From Gammaproteobacteria bacterium (GTDB taxonomy: Bacteria; Pseudomonadota; Gammaproteobacteria; JAKDMP01), in assembly GCA_049581885.1 (NCBI GenBank), contig JBAUSV010000070.1:1918-65917 (forward strand): a stretch of DNA of 64,000 nucleotides, read 5' to 3'. Position numbers and translations under genes: made by a program. Numbering within the stretch: position 1 is the stretch's first letter; each line of letters starts with the position of its first letter. Positions 51,554 through 60,995 of the stretch are shown here, piece after piece. The notes beneath the pieces are model-generated. The model was not told the DNA's origin, ran no database searches, and saw nothing but the letters and a program-made list of their open reading frames with translations.

Positions 51554-52227
51554 AGCCGGCGCTCGCCATTTTTGTAAAGACGCCCGGTCTGTCGCCGATC
51601 AAGACCCGTCTGGCCGCCGGCATCGGCGCTCAGGCAGCACTCCGGTTTCATCGCCTCGCCGCCGCCGCTACCGCAGAGGCTGTCAGCGCTTGCGGCCCGG
51701 CACTCACACCTTATTGGGCCGTTGCCGAAGACAATGCGGTCACACACGACTATTGGTCCGAATTCCCCCGGCTATGGCAAGGCACCGGCACGCTGGGCGA
51801 ACGACTGCACCGCATCCACACCGAGTTGCAGACCCGTCACGGTTCGGCACTGATGATCGGCGCCGATACGCCGCAACTCACCCCCGCGCTATTGCAGCAA
51901 GCCATTACCACGCTAAAAAAACCGGGAACTGTACACGTCCTGGGTCCCGCCAAAGACGGGGGGTTCTGGCTTTTTGGCAGTAAACAACCCATCGCGGCAC
52001 CCATCTGGAATGCCATCCCCTACTCCCGCCACAACACAACGGAAGCGCTGCGCCATGCTCTGTATGACACCGGCAACCTGGACACGCTGAACCAGCTGAC
52101 CGACGTCGATACCGCAGAAGATCTTTCTGTCTTGATCGAGACATTACAGAATCTACCGAACCCCCTGCCCACCCAGACTAAAATAATTGCATGGTTTAGC
52201 GAACTGGAAATGGTCAACAGACATTGA
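51550..52227 (+). CDS. DUF2064 / TIGR04282-like glycosyltransferase-like protein
   Basis: ALAIFVKTPGLSPIKTRLA N-terminus is typical of DUF2064. GTGA overlap with the upstream GT gene. Confidence 0.6.
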   Translation: MKPALAIFVKTPGLSPIKTRLAAGIGAQAALRFHRLAAAATAEAVSACGPALTPYWAVAEDNAVTHDYWSEFPRLWQGTGTLGERLHRIHTELQTRHGSALMIGADTPQLTPALLQQAITTLKKPGTVHVLGPAKDGGFWLFGSKQPIAAPIWNAIPYSRHNTTEALRHALYDTGNLDTLNQLTDVDTAEDLSVLIETLQNLPNPLPTQTKIIAWFSELEMVNRH

Positions 52228-52575
52228 CAGGTGCAAACTGTGTCCTACACTTGTGCGCCGGTTCAATCCGGATCGCTCAGTGAAAGCGTTGTGATGACAG
52301 GGTTTCACTGAACTCCGACTTTTTTCAGGGGCAGCTCTGGAGGTGATTGACCTGAGCTTCCAGGACATTGTCTGATGGCTAGCGGACACAGGTGAGTCGA
52401 TTTATGTCATCTTGTGTCAGTAGGATGCCGTAAATTGTCACTTCTCAGGTAAATACCTGACTGCCGTTACATGACACGATGTATAAAAAATATTATAAAT
52501 CCTTGTATTTCATATATTTGTATATTTTTCGACGCGAATTAAATGTCATTGGCATGATTATTGCTGCACTTGGAA

Positions 52576-52593
52576 TGTAGGTAATTACCTACA
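52576..52593. promoter_or_regulatory. perfect 18-bp palindrome (7-2-7 dyad), candidate response-regulator operator
   Basis: TGTAGGTAATTACCTACA lies in the AT-rich leader about 40 bp upstream of the 52632 ORF and the RsbT-HK-RR operon. The heptamers resemble NarL-family TACYYMT half-sites. Confidence 0.4.
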
Positions 52594-52631
52594 CACGAAA
52601 CTTCTATATAGCGTAAAGTTGAGTTGTGAAT

Positions 52632-52844
52632 ATGAAAGCCGTCAGCCCCCTTGCAGAGCATTCGACCGAGTGTGAACCAATGAGAAATATTTCGAAATTC
52701 GAAACACGGACCGATGCGATCCAGACATCGTCGGACAGTTTTTGTTCGAAGCATATTCTCGGCACCTTCGTCACAAAAAATATAGAATGTAGAGGTACAG
52801 TACGCCGTGCATTATCTAATGTGTGCGTACCGTTTTGCGTATGA
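52632..52844 (+). CDS. small Cys-containing hypothetical protein
   Basis: A 70-aa ORF whose stop overlaps the start of the rsbT-like gene. No family could be assigned and it may be non-coding leader. Confidence 0.25.
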   Translation: MKAVSPLAEHSTECEPMRNISKFETRTDAIQTSSDSFCSKHILGTFVTKNIECRGTVRRALSNVCVPFCV

Positions 52845-53275
52845 ACGTACCGTATCCATTGCGTCGCACTCCGTCCAGCAAGGGGGTTAAAATCCCCATC
52901 CGGGCGGTCGCAGATATCGTGATTGCACGACAGCACGGACGTGAAGAGGCTTCGAAATGCGGTTTTTCGAATACCGACTCCACCCTGATTACTACCATCA
53001 TTTCCGAATTGGCACGTAATATCCTGCTCTATGCCGACGAAGGGGAAATTATTCTGGAATACGGAAGTGAAAACGGACGATGCGGCATCATCGTCACCAG
53101 CAAGGACAACGGTCCGGGCATTGTAGAGCTGGAGCGGGCGCTGATGGGCGGCTATTCCACATCCGGTGGTCTGGGGCTCGGTTTGTCCGGCATAAAACAA
53201 ATGACGGACGAATTCAGTGTCGAATCGGGCAAGGGAAATGGAACTATTCTGATCGCCAAAAAATGGCTGCCTTGA
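52841..53275 (+). CDS. RsbT-like anti-sigma regulatory factor / switch Ser-Thr kinase (GHKL ATPase)
   Basis: ISELARNILLYA, GYSTSGGLGLGLSGIKQMTDEFSV and KKWLP follow B. subtilis RsbT motif-for-motif. Confidence 0.7.
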   Translation: MNVPYPLRRTPSSKGVKIPIRAVADIVIARQHGREEASKCGFSNTDSTLITTIISELARNILLYADEGEIILEYGSENGRCGIIVTSKDNGPGIVELERALMGGYSTSGGLGLGLSGIKQMTDEFSVESGKGNGTILIAKKWLP

Positions 53276-53307
53276 TCCGTCCTTAACCGAGCTGGTCGTT
53301 CCTAGAG

Positions 53308-54255
53308 ATGAAATCGAACACATCCATTTCCGATCTCCGGACCAACTACAAAAAGGCCTTGAGCGATTATTTGCTCAAAGGCGACGAGACCGCTCTGCAC
53401 AAGGCCTATGAACTGGGCCGTGAGGCACTGAACTGCGAGATCGAACTGTTGCACCTGGTGAATATGCACGGAGATGCAACCCGTGAATTACTAGGAAAGA
53501 AATGGGCAAAGGTACGCCCTCTGCTACTGGTAGCCAATCAATTCCTGATCGAAAGTCTGGCTCCGTTCGAGATGATACAAACAGGCAACCGGGACTCGAA
53601 CAGTGCCCTACGCAGACTGAATCATATTCTGGAAGAAGAAGGAAAGCGCATCGCACACGTCCTTCATGACGAATCGGCACAAATGCTGGCCTCGGTCTAT
53701 CTGGAACTCGCCGAAATCGAGCGGAAAAAGCCGCCTGCGGACATCATTCATATAGTGCACCGGATAAAAACGCATCTCGATGAGGTGCGTATCCAATTAC
53801 GTCATATCTCGCATGAATTGAACCCGCCTATCCTCGACCAACTCGGCCTGGTTCCCGCGCTGAACTTTCTGGTCGAAGGGGTATGCAAGCGTACACCGCT
53901 TGAGGTGAATATTCGACACGATCCAGAGAACACGGATCGCTACCCGTTGGCGGTCGAAACAGTCCTGTACCGGTCGGTTCAGGAAGCCCTCAACAACATC
54001 GTTCGACATTCGCAGGCCGCTCATGTCTCGATCGGCATTCAAGCCAGCGACCAGTTCGTCTCCTGCACTATAGAAGACGACGGAATCGGTTTCGATTTGA
54101 TTTCCCTCGGAAGTGGGCCCAAACTACGCGGGTTGGGCCTGGCCGGCATGCAGGAACGCATCAATATACTGAGCGGGACACTCCGTATCGATTCGGCGCC
54201 AAACGCCGGAACTACCTTACGTGTTGTCCTCCCCCTGAAGGAGGATGATCAATGA
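53308..54255 (+). CDS. cytoplasmic sensor histidine kinase with an N-terminal RsbU_N-like domain (HisKA_3 + HATPase_c)
   Basis: The N-terminus (LSDYLLKGDETALHKAYELGREAL) resembles the RsbT-binding N-domain of RsbU. The H-box HVLHDESAQ is HisKA_3. There is a C-terminal ATPase G-box and no transmembrane segment. Confidence 0.75.
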   Translation: MKSNTSISDLRTNYKKALSDYLLKGDETALHKAYELGREALNCEIELLHLVNMHGDATRELLGKKWAKVRPLLLVANQFLIESLAPFEMIQTGNRDSNSALRRLNHILEEEGKRIAHVLHDESAQMLASVYLELAEIERKKPPADIIHIVHRIKTHLDEVRIQLRHISHELNPPILDQLGLVPALNFLVEGVCKRTPLEVNIRHDPENTDRYPLAVETVLYRSVQEALNNIVRHSQAAHVSIGIQASDQFVSCTIEDDGIGFDLISLGSGPKLRGLGLAGMQERINILSGTLRIDSAPNAGTTLRVVLPLKEDDQ

Positions 54256-54878
54256 CCAGACTCCTGCTGGCGGATGATCATCGGATGTTCCGCCAAGGCC
54301 TGAAAACGCTCCTTGAAGAAAAGGGGTTCGAAATAGTGGCAGAGGCCGAGGATGGGTTGAACGCCGTTGCGCTGGCGCAGCAACTACACCCGGAGATTGC
54401 CGTACTCGATGTATCGATGCCACAGCTCGACGGACTGGGCGCCGCGAGACAAATTATGGACACGTCTGCCACCCAGGTAGTGCTGTTGACCGTATTCGAG
54501 GAAGACGCCTACGTTCTGAAGGCGCTTCAGGAAGGGATTCGCGGCTATGTCCTGAAAGCCCAGGCAGCAGTCGATCTGGTCGATGCCATTAACGAAGTGG
54601 AGCGCGGCAAAGTCTATGTGAGTCCTGGAATTCCTCGTGCCGTAATCGAGGCCTATAACGGCAAGAGCAAGCTTCCGAGCGAAACGATCACCGCGCGGGA
54701 GATCGAGGTACTGCGCCTGATAGCAGAAGGAAAATCAACGAAGGAAACAGCTCAAACGCTGGGCATCAGCGTCAAGACCGCCGAATCGCACCGCAGCCAT
54801 ATCATGCAGAAACTGGAAATTCACGAAACGGCAAGTCTGGTGCGCTATGCGGTTCGGAACGGTCTCGTCCAAGCTTGA
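54252..54878 (+). CDS. NarL/FixJ family response regulator (REC + LuxR-type HTH)
   Basis: LLADDH...D54-like REC and a C-terminal LuxR HTH (TAREIEVLRLIAEGKSTKETAQTLGISVKTAESHRSHIMQKL). ATGA overlap with the kinase gene. Confidence 0.85.
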   Translation: MTRLLLADDHRMFRQGLKTLLEEKGFEIVAEAEDGLNAVALAQQLHPEIAVLDVSMPQLDGLGAARQIMDTSATQVVLLTVFEEDAYVLKALQEGIRGYVLKAQAAVDLVDAINEVERGKVYVSPGIPRAVIEAYNGKSKLPSETITAREIEVLRLIAEGKSTKETAQTLGISVKTAESHRSHIMQKLEIHETASLVRYAVRNGLVQA

Positions 54879-54994
54879 TGTATCGAAACCTATCCATGAA
54901 TACTACCCCCTAATGCAGGCGCACTCCTTATTCCAACATGTTTTCCCCAGAGGAATCAGTGGTCGGGGACTCAAAATGCCCGAATGCAAGCCTA

Positions 54995-56155
54995 TCAGTC
55001 CGTCTTGTTCCAGGTGACCCGCTGCCGGCCGGCGAGCAGAGAAAAGAAAGCCACAATCGTGGCTGCATTCAGGACACAGAAGGTGTACGGAATATTCAGA
55101 TAAAATGGGCAACGCTTTGCGCCCTTTCCGCGACTCGCCAGAAATCCCGCCAGGGCCGCCGCGTAAAACACGACCTGAGCTGCAAATACATAACCATAAA
55201 AAGTCTCGCCGACCACCAACAAATTCGCGATGAACGCAATGCACAGCAGCAACGGGCTGAGCAAGCGCATGAGCTTGTGCGAAACGGTCTGCAGCCATAG
55301 ACGATTAACAAAGGGACTGAGCAGCCAGGGCTCCAGATAAAACAACTGGAAATTACCCGCTATCGTTCGCAGCTTGCGCTGAAACTCGCGGCGCATGGTG
55401 TTGGAGCCATGATCATAGGCGCGTGCACGCGGTTCGAACCACGCGCGGTATCCCTGGCGAACGACTCTCATGGGTATCAGGACGTCATCAAGAATCACCG
55501 AGTCTGGAATTGGCTTGAATAGCGCTTTTCGTATAGCGTAGATTGCTCCTGTGCTGCCCACCGTGGAATCCACCCGGCTCTCGTGGAGGCGTATGAACTT
55601 TTCGTAACGCCAGTAAAAGCCTACGCCCGACTTCACTTCGGAGCGATCGGCGCTTTCCACCAACATCAACTCGCCGCTAGCAGCGCCGACTTTCGGATCC
55701 ATAAAGACGTCTGCCATGGTGCGCAGGACTCCGGCTTCGAAAGATTGCCTGGCATCTGCAAACACGACCAACTCTCCGTTCGCAATGGGCACCACATCGT
55801 TCAGAACGGCGCTCTTGCCGCGACGAGTCTTGAACTCGATCACCCTCACCAGAGAAGACCCGATGGATTGGGCATTTTCAACGGTCCGATCGGTAGACCC
55901 GTCCGATGCAAGCAGTATCTCCAGTCGTTTTTCCGGATAGTCCAGCTGCAGAAAATTTTCCAGTCTGGCGCGGATCCGACTGGCTTCATTGTGAGCAACC
56001 ACGATCAACGTTATCGAAGGCGTTAAGTTTCCTTCTGTTGTCTTCAAGCGGCGTGGTCGCAAAGCAGATAAAACCCAGATAGCCATCGGGTAGCCCAGGT
56101 AGGTATACCCAAGCAGAGCCACGGCGATCCAAAAGATCGTATATATACCACTCAT
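54995..56155 (-). CDS. membrane family 2 glycosyltransferase (processive GT2-like)
   Basis: N- and C-terminal transmembrane segments and a GT-A catalytic core (LIVVAHNE...DGSTD...DAR). Confidence 0.75.
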   Translation of the reverse strand: MSGIYTIFWIAVALLGYTYLGYPMAIWVLSALRPRRLKTTEGNLTPSITLIVVAHNEASRIRARLENFLQLDYPEKRLEILLASDGSTDRTVENAQSIGSSLVRVIEFKTRRGKSAVLNDVVPIANGELVVFADARQSFEAGVLRTMADVFMDPKVGAASGELMLVESADRSEVKSGVGFYWRYEKFIRLHESRVDSTVGSTGAIYAIRKALFKPIPDSVILDDVLIPMRVVRQGYRAWFEPRARAYDHGSNTMRREFQRKLRTIAGNFQLFYLEPWLLSPFVNRLWLQTVSHKLMRLLSPLLLCIAFIANLLVVGETFYGYVFAAQVVFYAAALAGFLASRGKGAKRCPFYLNIPYTFCVLNAATIVAFFSLLAGRQRVTWNKTD

Positions 56156-56256
56156 ATCAGGAATCTTTGGTCATGGAGACAGGTTCTGGCAGCGTGCTAT
56201 TTGGAAACAGCCTGTATTCGTCGACTCGACATAGCGTCTCTGGAACCGGCGACTAC

Positions 56257-57621
56257 TTATCCCCGAAGGGACGTCTCACTACGCCCGCTCGAAACCTCCT
56301 CTTTATCGGGATGCCCCTTTTGTTCTCTCGCTTCTTTGGGCGAAGCATGAGTCACGCTGCGAGTAAGATCCACGATGGTAAGTTGCGGTGATGCAATCTC
56401 CAGTACCTGCCGGGTATCCTCACCGTCGTTACCCACCACCAGAACCTGCGCATGATTCAGAAGTTCGTCGTATTCCGTGCATAGAACCGAGGCGATGTGC
56501 GGAATTTCCTCTTCTATATAACGCCGGTTGGCGCCCATAATACGCGCCATGGACACGTGACGATCCAGAATCTTGACTTCGCAGCCCTTCCCTATCAATG
56601 TCTCAACAAGTGTGACCAGTGGACTCTCCCGCAGATCGTCCGTGTTCGGTTTGAAGGAAAGGCCCACAATGCCTATACGCCGCTTTCCGGTCTCCAACAC
56701 CGTAGTCACGGCATGCTGAATCTGGGCCTGATTCGAAGGCATAATCGAGGAAATCAACGGAAGATCCGCATCTGCAGCACGCGCCGCGTACGTTAATGCG
56801 CGTATATCCTTGGGCAGACACGATCCGCCAAACGCAAACCCGGGTTTCAGATAGGCACCCGAAATATTCAGCTTGTGGTCCATGCAGAAAACCCGCATCA
56901 CGTCCTGGGCATCCGCTCCCAACGCTTCGCACGCGTCACCAATCTCATTGGCAAAGCACACCTTCAATGCATGAAATGAATTAAACGCATATTTCACCAT
57001 TTCCGCGGTCCTGATCGGCACGCTTACAAAGGGCGCCTCGACGCCGGCATACATCTGTTGAATGCGTGAAATGGTTTCCTCGTCTTGGCTTCCGATCACC
57101 GTGAACGGAGGGTGAGTATAGTCGTCCAGTGCCGACCCCTCGCGAATGAATTCCGGATTTGTCGCTACTTTCAGAATGTCATCAGCCCGGCTTCCAGCGC
57201 CATCCCGTAGTGCCGGCATCACAACCCTTTCGGTAGTACCCGGCAGGATAGTACTGCGTATCACAACGGTGTAAGGCTCTTCACGGTCCTTCGACTCCTC
57301 TCCGATCGTCCGGCACACGCGGTCCAGAATACCGGTATCGAGCCGCCCATTTTTAAGTCCCGGCGTACCAACGCAGATCAAGGCAAGCTCCGTACGGCCG
57401 ATTGCTTCCGCGGCTGAGGTGGTTGCGCTGAGTCTCCCGTCGGCAACTACCGAAGCAATCAGTTCACCCAGGCCGGGTTCGACGATGGGCGAAGCGCCAC
57501 GGTTGATCGTCTCCACCTTCACGGAGTTGACGTCAACGCCGATCACCTCGTGCCCCGCCCTTGCCAGACACGCCGCACTCACGCAACCTACATACCCCAA
57601 ACCAAAAACGCTGATACGCAT
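56257..57621 (-). CDS. nucleotide-sugar dehydrogenase (UDP-glucose / GDP-mannose 6-dehydrogenase family)
   Basis: N-terminal GLGYVG NAD fold and catalytic Cys (GGSCLPKD), with the ATG at 57621. Confidence 0.8.
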   Translation of the reverse strand: MRISVFGLGYVGCVSAACLARAGHEVIGVDVNSVKVETINRGASPIVEPGLGELIASVVADGRLSATTSAAEAIGRTELALICVGTPGLKNGRLDTGILDRVCRTIGEESKDREEPYTVVIRSTILPGTTERVVMPALRDGAGSRADDILKVATNPEFIREGSALDDYTHPPFTVIGSQDEETISRIQQMYAGVEAPFVSVPIRTAEMVKYAFNSFHALKVCFANEIGDACEALGADAQDVMRVFCMDHKLNISGAYLKPGFAFGGSCLPKDIRALTYAARAADADLPLISSIMPSNQAQIQHAVTTVLETGKRRIGIVGLSFKPNTDDLRESPLVTLVETLIGKGCEVKILDRHVSMARIMGANRRYIEEEIPHIASVLCTEYDELLNHAQVLVVGNDGEDTRQVLEIASPQLTIVDLTRSVTHASPKEAREQKGHPDKEEVSSGRSETSLRG

Positions 57622-57796
57622 AATCAATACCTCTAATCCAGTTTCATAAAATGTAAAAATACTCAGATTTGGATCGTGCTGTGAACAGGAATCCCGTGAC
57701 GCATCATCGATGCCTTCGCTGCTCAATACTCCTTCCGCTTATCTCCACTGTCCGGCTTCGGCCGCAAGAGACAGCAAGCTGTCCAGTCAGTACATG

Positions 57797-58996
57797 TTAG
57801 CTACGGGCTGTCTCGCACAATTTGCCGAATTCACGTGCTACTTGAGGCCAGGCATAGCGCTCACGAACCAGCTTACGGCCGGCATCACCCAGAGCTTGTC
57901 TGCGCTCGGCATTGCCGGCCAGGGCTACCACTGCCGAAGCAAAGGCATCAGCACCGTCAGCCTGGAGATAGTGTTCCCCGCTGCGCAGCGGAAGCCCTTC
58001 CGCACCGACCGAAGTTGAAACCACCGCTTTGCCCATCGCAAGTGCCTCGAAGATCTTGAGCCGCGTACCACCCCCCAACCTTAGCGGCACGATATAAACT
58101 GCCGCCTTGTCAATGTAAGGCCGGACATCCGCCACGCGTCCCGTTACCTTGACGCCCGCCCTCTCGGCTTCTTCATATAATATACGGCTGGGACCGCGGC
58201 CAACGACCGTGACGCCGATCTTCGGCAGAGAACGCCGGATGAGGGGGAGAACATCGGCAATGAAAAACCGTATGGCGTCCTCGTTAGGATACCAATCCAT
58301 GGAACCGGTAAAGACCAGACCGTTCGGTGCTTCAGCACCTTCATTCGGCGCAAAGTAATCGATATCGACCCCCGTCGGGACGTCACAAATACGTGCATTC
58401 GGAGCGGATTCTTTCAATAAGTCGCGATCCTGGGGAGATACTGCGACGGTCAAATTCGCCTTGCGGCAGGCGTGCGCCTCGTAGCGACGCATCTTGCGCC
58501 ATTCCACTTCGAGCAAAGCGCGCATCCAGGGTCGCTTCTGCATCAGGCACAAGCGCTTCCATATAAGATACTCGACATTATGTTCAAAGAACAAAACAGG
58601 AACATTTCTGTCATGCGGGACATTGGGCACGGCATGCAGGAAGTCCGCCACGCACAGATCCATGTCTCCTGAGTCCAACAAGTCACGAACTTCGCGGCGC
58701 AGTGCCGGCACGCGATTTTTCCACAGATCGATCGACAAGGGCGAAAACCAGGACCTAATCAAGGCAACCGGAAACTTGGGACTGCGCCATTTGAGCGCCG
58801 CAAACGGAACGGATATGACCCGTTCGCAGTGTGGCAGGCGGCGACGTAGTTCACCGGCATCCTCATCCGGCGTGTGCGTCGTCAACACGCTTACCTGGTG
58901 ATGACGGGAAAGTTCGCTCAGGATATTAAAACTTCGCAGCCGTCCGCCCGAATTAAGCGGCCATAACCCGCCTACTTTTACCCAGAGTATCCGCAT
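57797..58996 (-). CDS. family 4 glycosyltransferase
   Basis: GT-B C-terminal domain (GTRLKIFEALAMGKAVVST) with an EX7E-like motif; ATG at 58996. Confidence 0.75.
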   Translation of the reverse strand: MRILWVKVGGLWPLNSGGRLRSFNILSELSRHHQVSVLTTHTPDEDAGELRRRLPHCERVISVPFAALKWRSPKFPVALIRSWFSPLSIDLWKNRVPALRREVRDLLDSGDMDLCVADFLHAVPNVPHDRNVPVLFFEHNVEYLIWKRLCLMQKRPWMRALLEVEWRKMRRYEAHACRKANLTVAVSPQDRDLLKESAPNARICDVPTGVDIDYFAPNEGAEAPNGLVFTGSMDWYPNEDAIRFFIADVLPLIRRSLPKIGVTVVGRGPSRILYEEAERAGVKVTGRVADVRPYIDKAAVYIVPLRLGGGTRLKIFEALAMGKAVVSTSVGAEGLPLRSGEHYLQADGADAFASAVVALAGNAERRQALGDAGRKLVRERYAWPQVAREFGKLCETARS

Positions 58997-59052
58997 GTGC
59001 CTTACACCTGTTCCGTATTCTTTCGCACTGGTAAAAAACAACCCGACACCGT

Positions 59053-60981
59053 TCAGGCCACTGCTCTGAGGCGAGCCCTGTGTGCCGCTTCTCGAAGCAC
59101 GCCCTGCGGGGCTTCCTCATCGAGAAATATTCGTTGCCATATTTCAAGATTCATGAGCATCCACAAACGGTCGGAATGGTTCCGTATTCCGTTTCGATGC
59201 TCATCGACGAGTCGATTCAAATAGTCCGGATTGAATAGCGCGCGTTCGCGTGCGCGCGGACTCAGAACAAACTCGTCCAGAAGTGGGGAAAACCGGCCGC
59301 TCAGCCATCCCTTTAGCGGCACCGGGAATCCCATCTTGCCACGTGCAAGTATCTCGGGCGGCAGGATATCTTTCACTGCGGAGCGCAACACGGCTTTCGT
59401 TTTCCAGCCGTTAAGCTTGTAGCGGCTGGGGATGGCGGCCGCGTACTCGACGAAACGATTATCGAGAAATGGCACACGGCTTTCTATGGAAGCGGCCATA
59501 CTCATCTGATCCTGCTTCATGAGCAGTTCTACCAGATAAGTCTGCATATCCGCATAGCACATGCGTTCCAGCACGCCACCTGGACCGGCATCGTAGTACT
59601 TCAACCCCTCGGCGTAGGGATCTCGGCCGGAACCATCGGCAAGCAGCTGTTCCTGTACGGATTCGTTAAAAACTGCAAAGTTCTCGTAAAACAGCCCCCT
59701 GATTCCCGGTTCCAATCCGACAAAACTACGCTCGGCATAGCGACGCAAGGGGCGTGGCAGAGAACCGATCATGCGGCTGATTCGGCTCTGCGCGCGTCGT
59801 GGCATCACAGCCCAGTAGGGCCGACCCAGACGTTCGTTCCACGCCGTCACGCGGTAACGGTTATAGCCGAGGAACAACTCGTCGGCGCCCTCCCCCGTCA
59901 TGACGACCTTGACATGCTCTGACGCGAGGCGGGAAACAAAATAAAGGCTCACGCTGGAAGGAAATGCGATCGGTTCGTCTTCATGCCACACCATGCGGGG
60001 CAAGGCATCGAAAAATTCTTCGGGAGAAAGCAGCATGTCGCGATGTTCTGCGCCCACCTTCTCGGCAACGAGGCGCGCATACGAAAGCTCATTGTATCCG
60101 TGCTCGGAAAAACCGATGCCGAAAGTACGTACCGGTTCATCCATCATCGGCGCCATCAGGCAGGCCAGCGTGCTGGAGTCGACTCCACCGGACAGGAACA
60201 AACCAACCGGCACATCGCTTACCAGATGCGATCGCACCGCATCCTCAAGGCGCTCACGAACCTCGCGCGCATAGCCCTTCATCGAAAGACCCGAGTCATC
60301 AAGCTGCTGCGGTAATTCCCAATAACGCCGTACCCGCACGCCCGCCGTGGGTGTCCAGGTCAGGGTGTGTGCCGGGAGCAATTTGTTGACACCTCGAAAG
60401 AACGTCTCGCTTCCGGAAACGAATCGCGTCGCAAGATACTCGGGCAGAATGGCTTTGTTGAAATCCGCCGCAAGGCCTCCTGCGATCAGTGCCTTGATTT
60501 CAGATCCGAACAGGATTTCGTTACCCGCAACGGCATAATACAGAGGCTTGATGCCTAACCGATCACGAGCAAGAAAAAGTTTTGTTTGGGTCTCGTCCCA
60601 GATTGCAAACGCGAACATGCCGCGTAAATGCCGGACACAATCTTCGCCGTATACCTCATAGGCACGCAATATGACTTCGGTATCGGAGGCAGTCGTAAAA
60701 CGACAACCACGAGCACTTAATTCTGAGCGCAGCTCCCGGTAATTGTATATCTCTCCGTTATAGACAATCCAGATGGTCCGTTCTGCATTTGCCATGGGCT
60801 GGTGGCCGCCGCTGATATCTATGATCGAAAGCCGCCGATGGGCAAGCGCCACCCTGCCAAGCATAATGATCCCGCTGTCATCGGGGCCACGGTGCACAAG
60901 CGTGTCCCGCATCCGCTTGACCCGCGAGTACTCGGGGCTGCGTTGCGCATCCATGTCCACGATACCGACAATTCCGCACAT
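59053..60981 (-). CDS. asnB: asparagine synthase (glutamine-hydrolysing) family amidotransferase
   Basis: N-terminal MCGIVG nucleophile Cys and the synthetase domain SGGVDSS. Confidence 0.85.
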   Translation of the reverse strand: MCGIVGIVDMDAQRSPEYSRVKRMRDTLVHRGPDDSGIIMLGRVALAHRRLSIIDISGGHQPMANAERTIWIVYNGEIYNYRELRSELSARGCRFTTASDTEVILRAYEVYGEDCVRHLRGMFAFAIWDETQTKLFLARDRLGIKPLYYAVAGNEILFGSEIKALIAGGLAADFNKAILPEYLATRFVSGSETFFRGVNKLLPAHTLTWTPTAGVRVRRYWELPQQLDDSGLSMKGYAREVRERLEDAVRSHLVSDVPVGLFLSGGVDSSTLACLMAPMMDEPVRTFGIGFSEHGYNELSYARLVAEKVGAEHRDMLLSPEEFFDALPRMVWHEDEPIAFPSSVSLYFVSRLASEHVKVVMTGEGADELFLGYNRYRVTAWNERLGRPYWAVMPRRAQSRISRMIGSLPRPLRRYAERSFVGLEPGIRGLFYENFAVFNESVQEQLLADGSGRDPYAEGLKYYDAGPGGVLERMCYADMQTYLVELLMKQDQMSMAASIESRVPFLDNRFVEYAAAIPSRYKLNGWKTKAVLRSAVKDILPPEILARGKMGFPVPLKGWLSGRFSPLLDEFVLSPRARERALFNPDYLNRLVDEHRNGIRNHSDRLWMLMNLEIWQRIFLDEEAPQGVLREAAHRARLRAVA

Positions 60982-60995
60982 GTGTTCTGTGTCCT

